The notes under the pieces are model-generated. The model was not told the DNA's origin. It saw only the letters and a list, made by a program, of their open reading frames with translations, and searched no databases. Of a stretch of DNA of 32,000 nucleotides, positions 31,212 through 32,000 are shown in pieces. This DNA comes from Haloferax volcanii DS2 (lineage in GTDB: Archaea; Halobacteriota; Halobacteria; Halobacteriales; Haloferacaceae), in contig NC_013966.1 in the NCBI RefSeq assembly GCF_000025685.1, positions 360,001 through 392,000 of the forward strand. The letters are read 5' to 3'. The stretch's first letter is position 1, and every line of letters starts with the position of its first letter. Made by a program: the position numbers and the translations under genes.

Positions 31212-32000
31212 ATGGTCAAGCGTGACAAGGGCCGTATCGACCGGAGATCGTTCCTAAAATACAGTGGATTGGCTGGTACTGGTATCACGGTTGCAGGATG
31301 TACTGGGAATCAGTCGGAAGAAACTACATCTGTTAATTCAGGTGGGTCAACGTCGTCCGGCAATAATCAGGCGACATCAGCTAACAAATCGTCGACTGAC
31401 TTCGAATATGTGACAACCATCACACCGACCTCACTCGATCCGATGAAGGGGTCGGACAACATCGAGGCCATCCTCCTTCACAACCTCTACGACCCACTCC
31501 TCTATTACACCGACGAGACGCCGCCAACCCTCCAGAACTGGCTCGCCACCGACTACACCGTCTCAGAAGACAAGAAGACGTACACGTTCTCGCTTCGCGA
31601 GGACGCGGCGTTCCACAACGGTGACCCCGTGACCGCTTCCGACGTGAAGTACTCTTTCCAGCGCATGATGGACATGCAACAGGGCTTCTCTTGGATGTGG
31701 TCCGGTCTCCTCGACCCCGAGAACGTCGAAGCGACCAACGAACACACGGTGAAGATGACCACGAACGAGGTCTTCGCGCCGTTCCCCTACACACTCCCCT
31801 TCTTCTTCATCGTCAACGAGAATGAGGTGTCTGGCAACGCCAAGAGCGACGGACAATTCGGTGAACACGGCGACTACGGAACTGAGTGGCTCGAAGACAA
31901 TGACGCAGGGAGTGGTCCCTATACGCTCACCAAGCGCGATCGTAAACAGCAGATCGTTATTGGTCGGAATACCGATTGGTGGGGGTCCTTCCCTGACGGA
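31212..32000 (+). CDS. ABC transporter substrate-binding lipoprotein, peptide/nickel (family 5) type, Tat signal; 3' end beyond the window
   Basis: ATG at 31212 opens a frame that stays open to 32000, so it is not in the ORF track. It reads MVKRDKGRIDRRSFLKYSGLAGTGITVAGCTG (RR motif plus lipobox), then ...TSLDPMKGSDNIEAILLHNLYDPLLYY...YTFSLREDAAFHNGDPVTASDVKYSFQRM..., typical of DppA/OppA-like binding proteins. Confidence 0.85.
   Translation, partial: MVKRDKGRIDRRSFLKYSGLAGTGITVAGCTGNQSEETTSVNSGGSTSSGNNQATSANKSSTDFEYVTTITPTSLDPMKGSDNIEAILLHNLYDPLLYYTDETPPTLQNWLATDYTVSEDKKTYTFSLREDAAFHNGDPVTASDVKYSFQRMMDMQQGFSWMWSGLLDPENVEATNEHTVKMTTNEVFAPFPYTLPFFFIVNENEVSGNAKSDGQFGEHGDYGTEWLEDNDAGSGPYTLTKRDRKQQIVIGRNTDWWGSFPDG

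Noticed and set aside
1-32000. rRNA, tRNA and other canonical RNA genes
   Set aside because: Scanning by eye found no tRNA-like T-arm or acceptor patterns (for example GGTTCGAATCC-type) outside coding sequence, and no rRNA-like conserved blocks. A proper tRNAscan/Infernal run could still find small RNAs that I cannot see.

Overview
This window looks like haloarchaeal DNA, most plausibly a megaplasmid or genomic-island segment. The evidence is acidic predicted proteins, several twin-arginine (Tat) signal peptides, a TFB gene and ISH-type insertion sequences.

Positions 1 to about 25.1 kb are an accessory region full of insertion sequences (IS):
- a partial ISH3/IS4-like transposase at the left edge;
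- three full-length ~1.4-kb ISH3-family elements, each with its own 5-bp target duplication (1520-2917, 15337-16735, 18107-19504);
- a nested pile of three ISH3 end fragments plus one IS4-family element (about 4475-7147).

Between the IS copies lie:
1. two visibly AT-rich cassettes encoding Tat-exported proteins, long hydrophobic or glycine-zipper segments and small membrane proteins. One gene is cleanly split by an IS and can be rebuilt in frame;
2. a translationally coupled module of a wHTH/nuclease-like protein, a PriS-like primase and a PriL-like subunit, whose first gene appears cut by an IS;
3. a RelE/RHH toxin-antitoxin pair;
4. a divergent pair of a beta-CASP metallo-beta-lactamase protein and an OB-fold protein, separated by a ~670-bp GC-rich spacer full of palindromes;
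5. a TFB gene truncated after its first cyclin repeat.

From about 25.3 kb to the end is an ordinary-looking metabolic block. It holds a minus-strand operon (hydantoinase A, hydantoinase B, racemase, M24 peptidase) and a divergent peptide-type ABC substrate-binding lipoprotein.

I recognised no rRNA, tRNA or CRISPR array. All family assignments come from motif recognition by eye. No database search or computation was possible, and repeat coordinates were hand-indexed.
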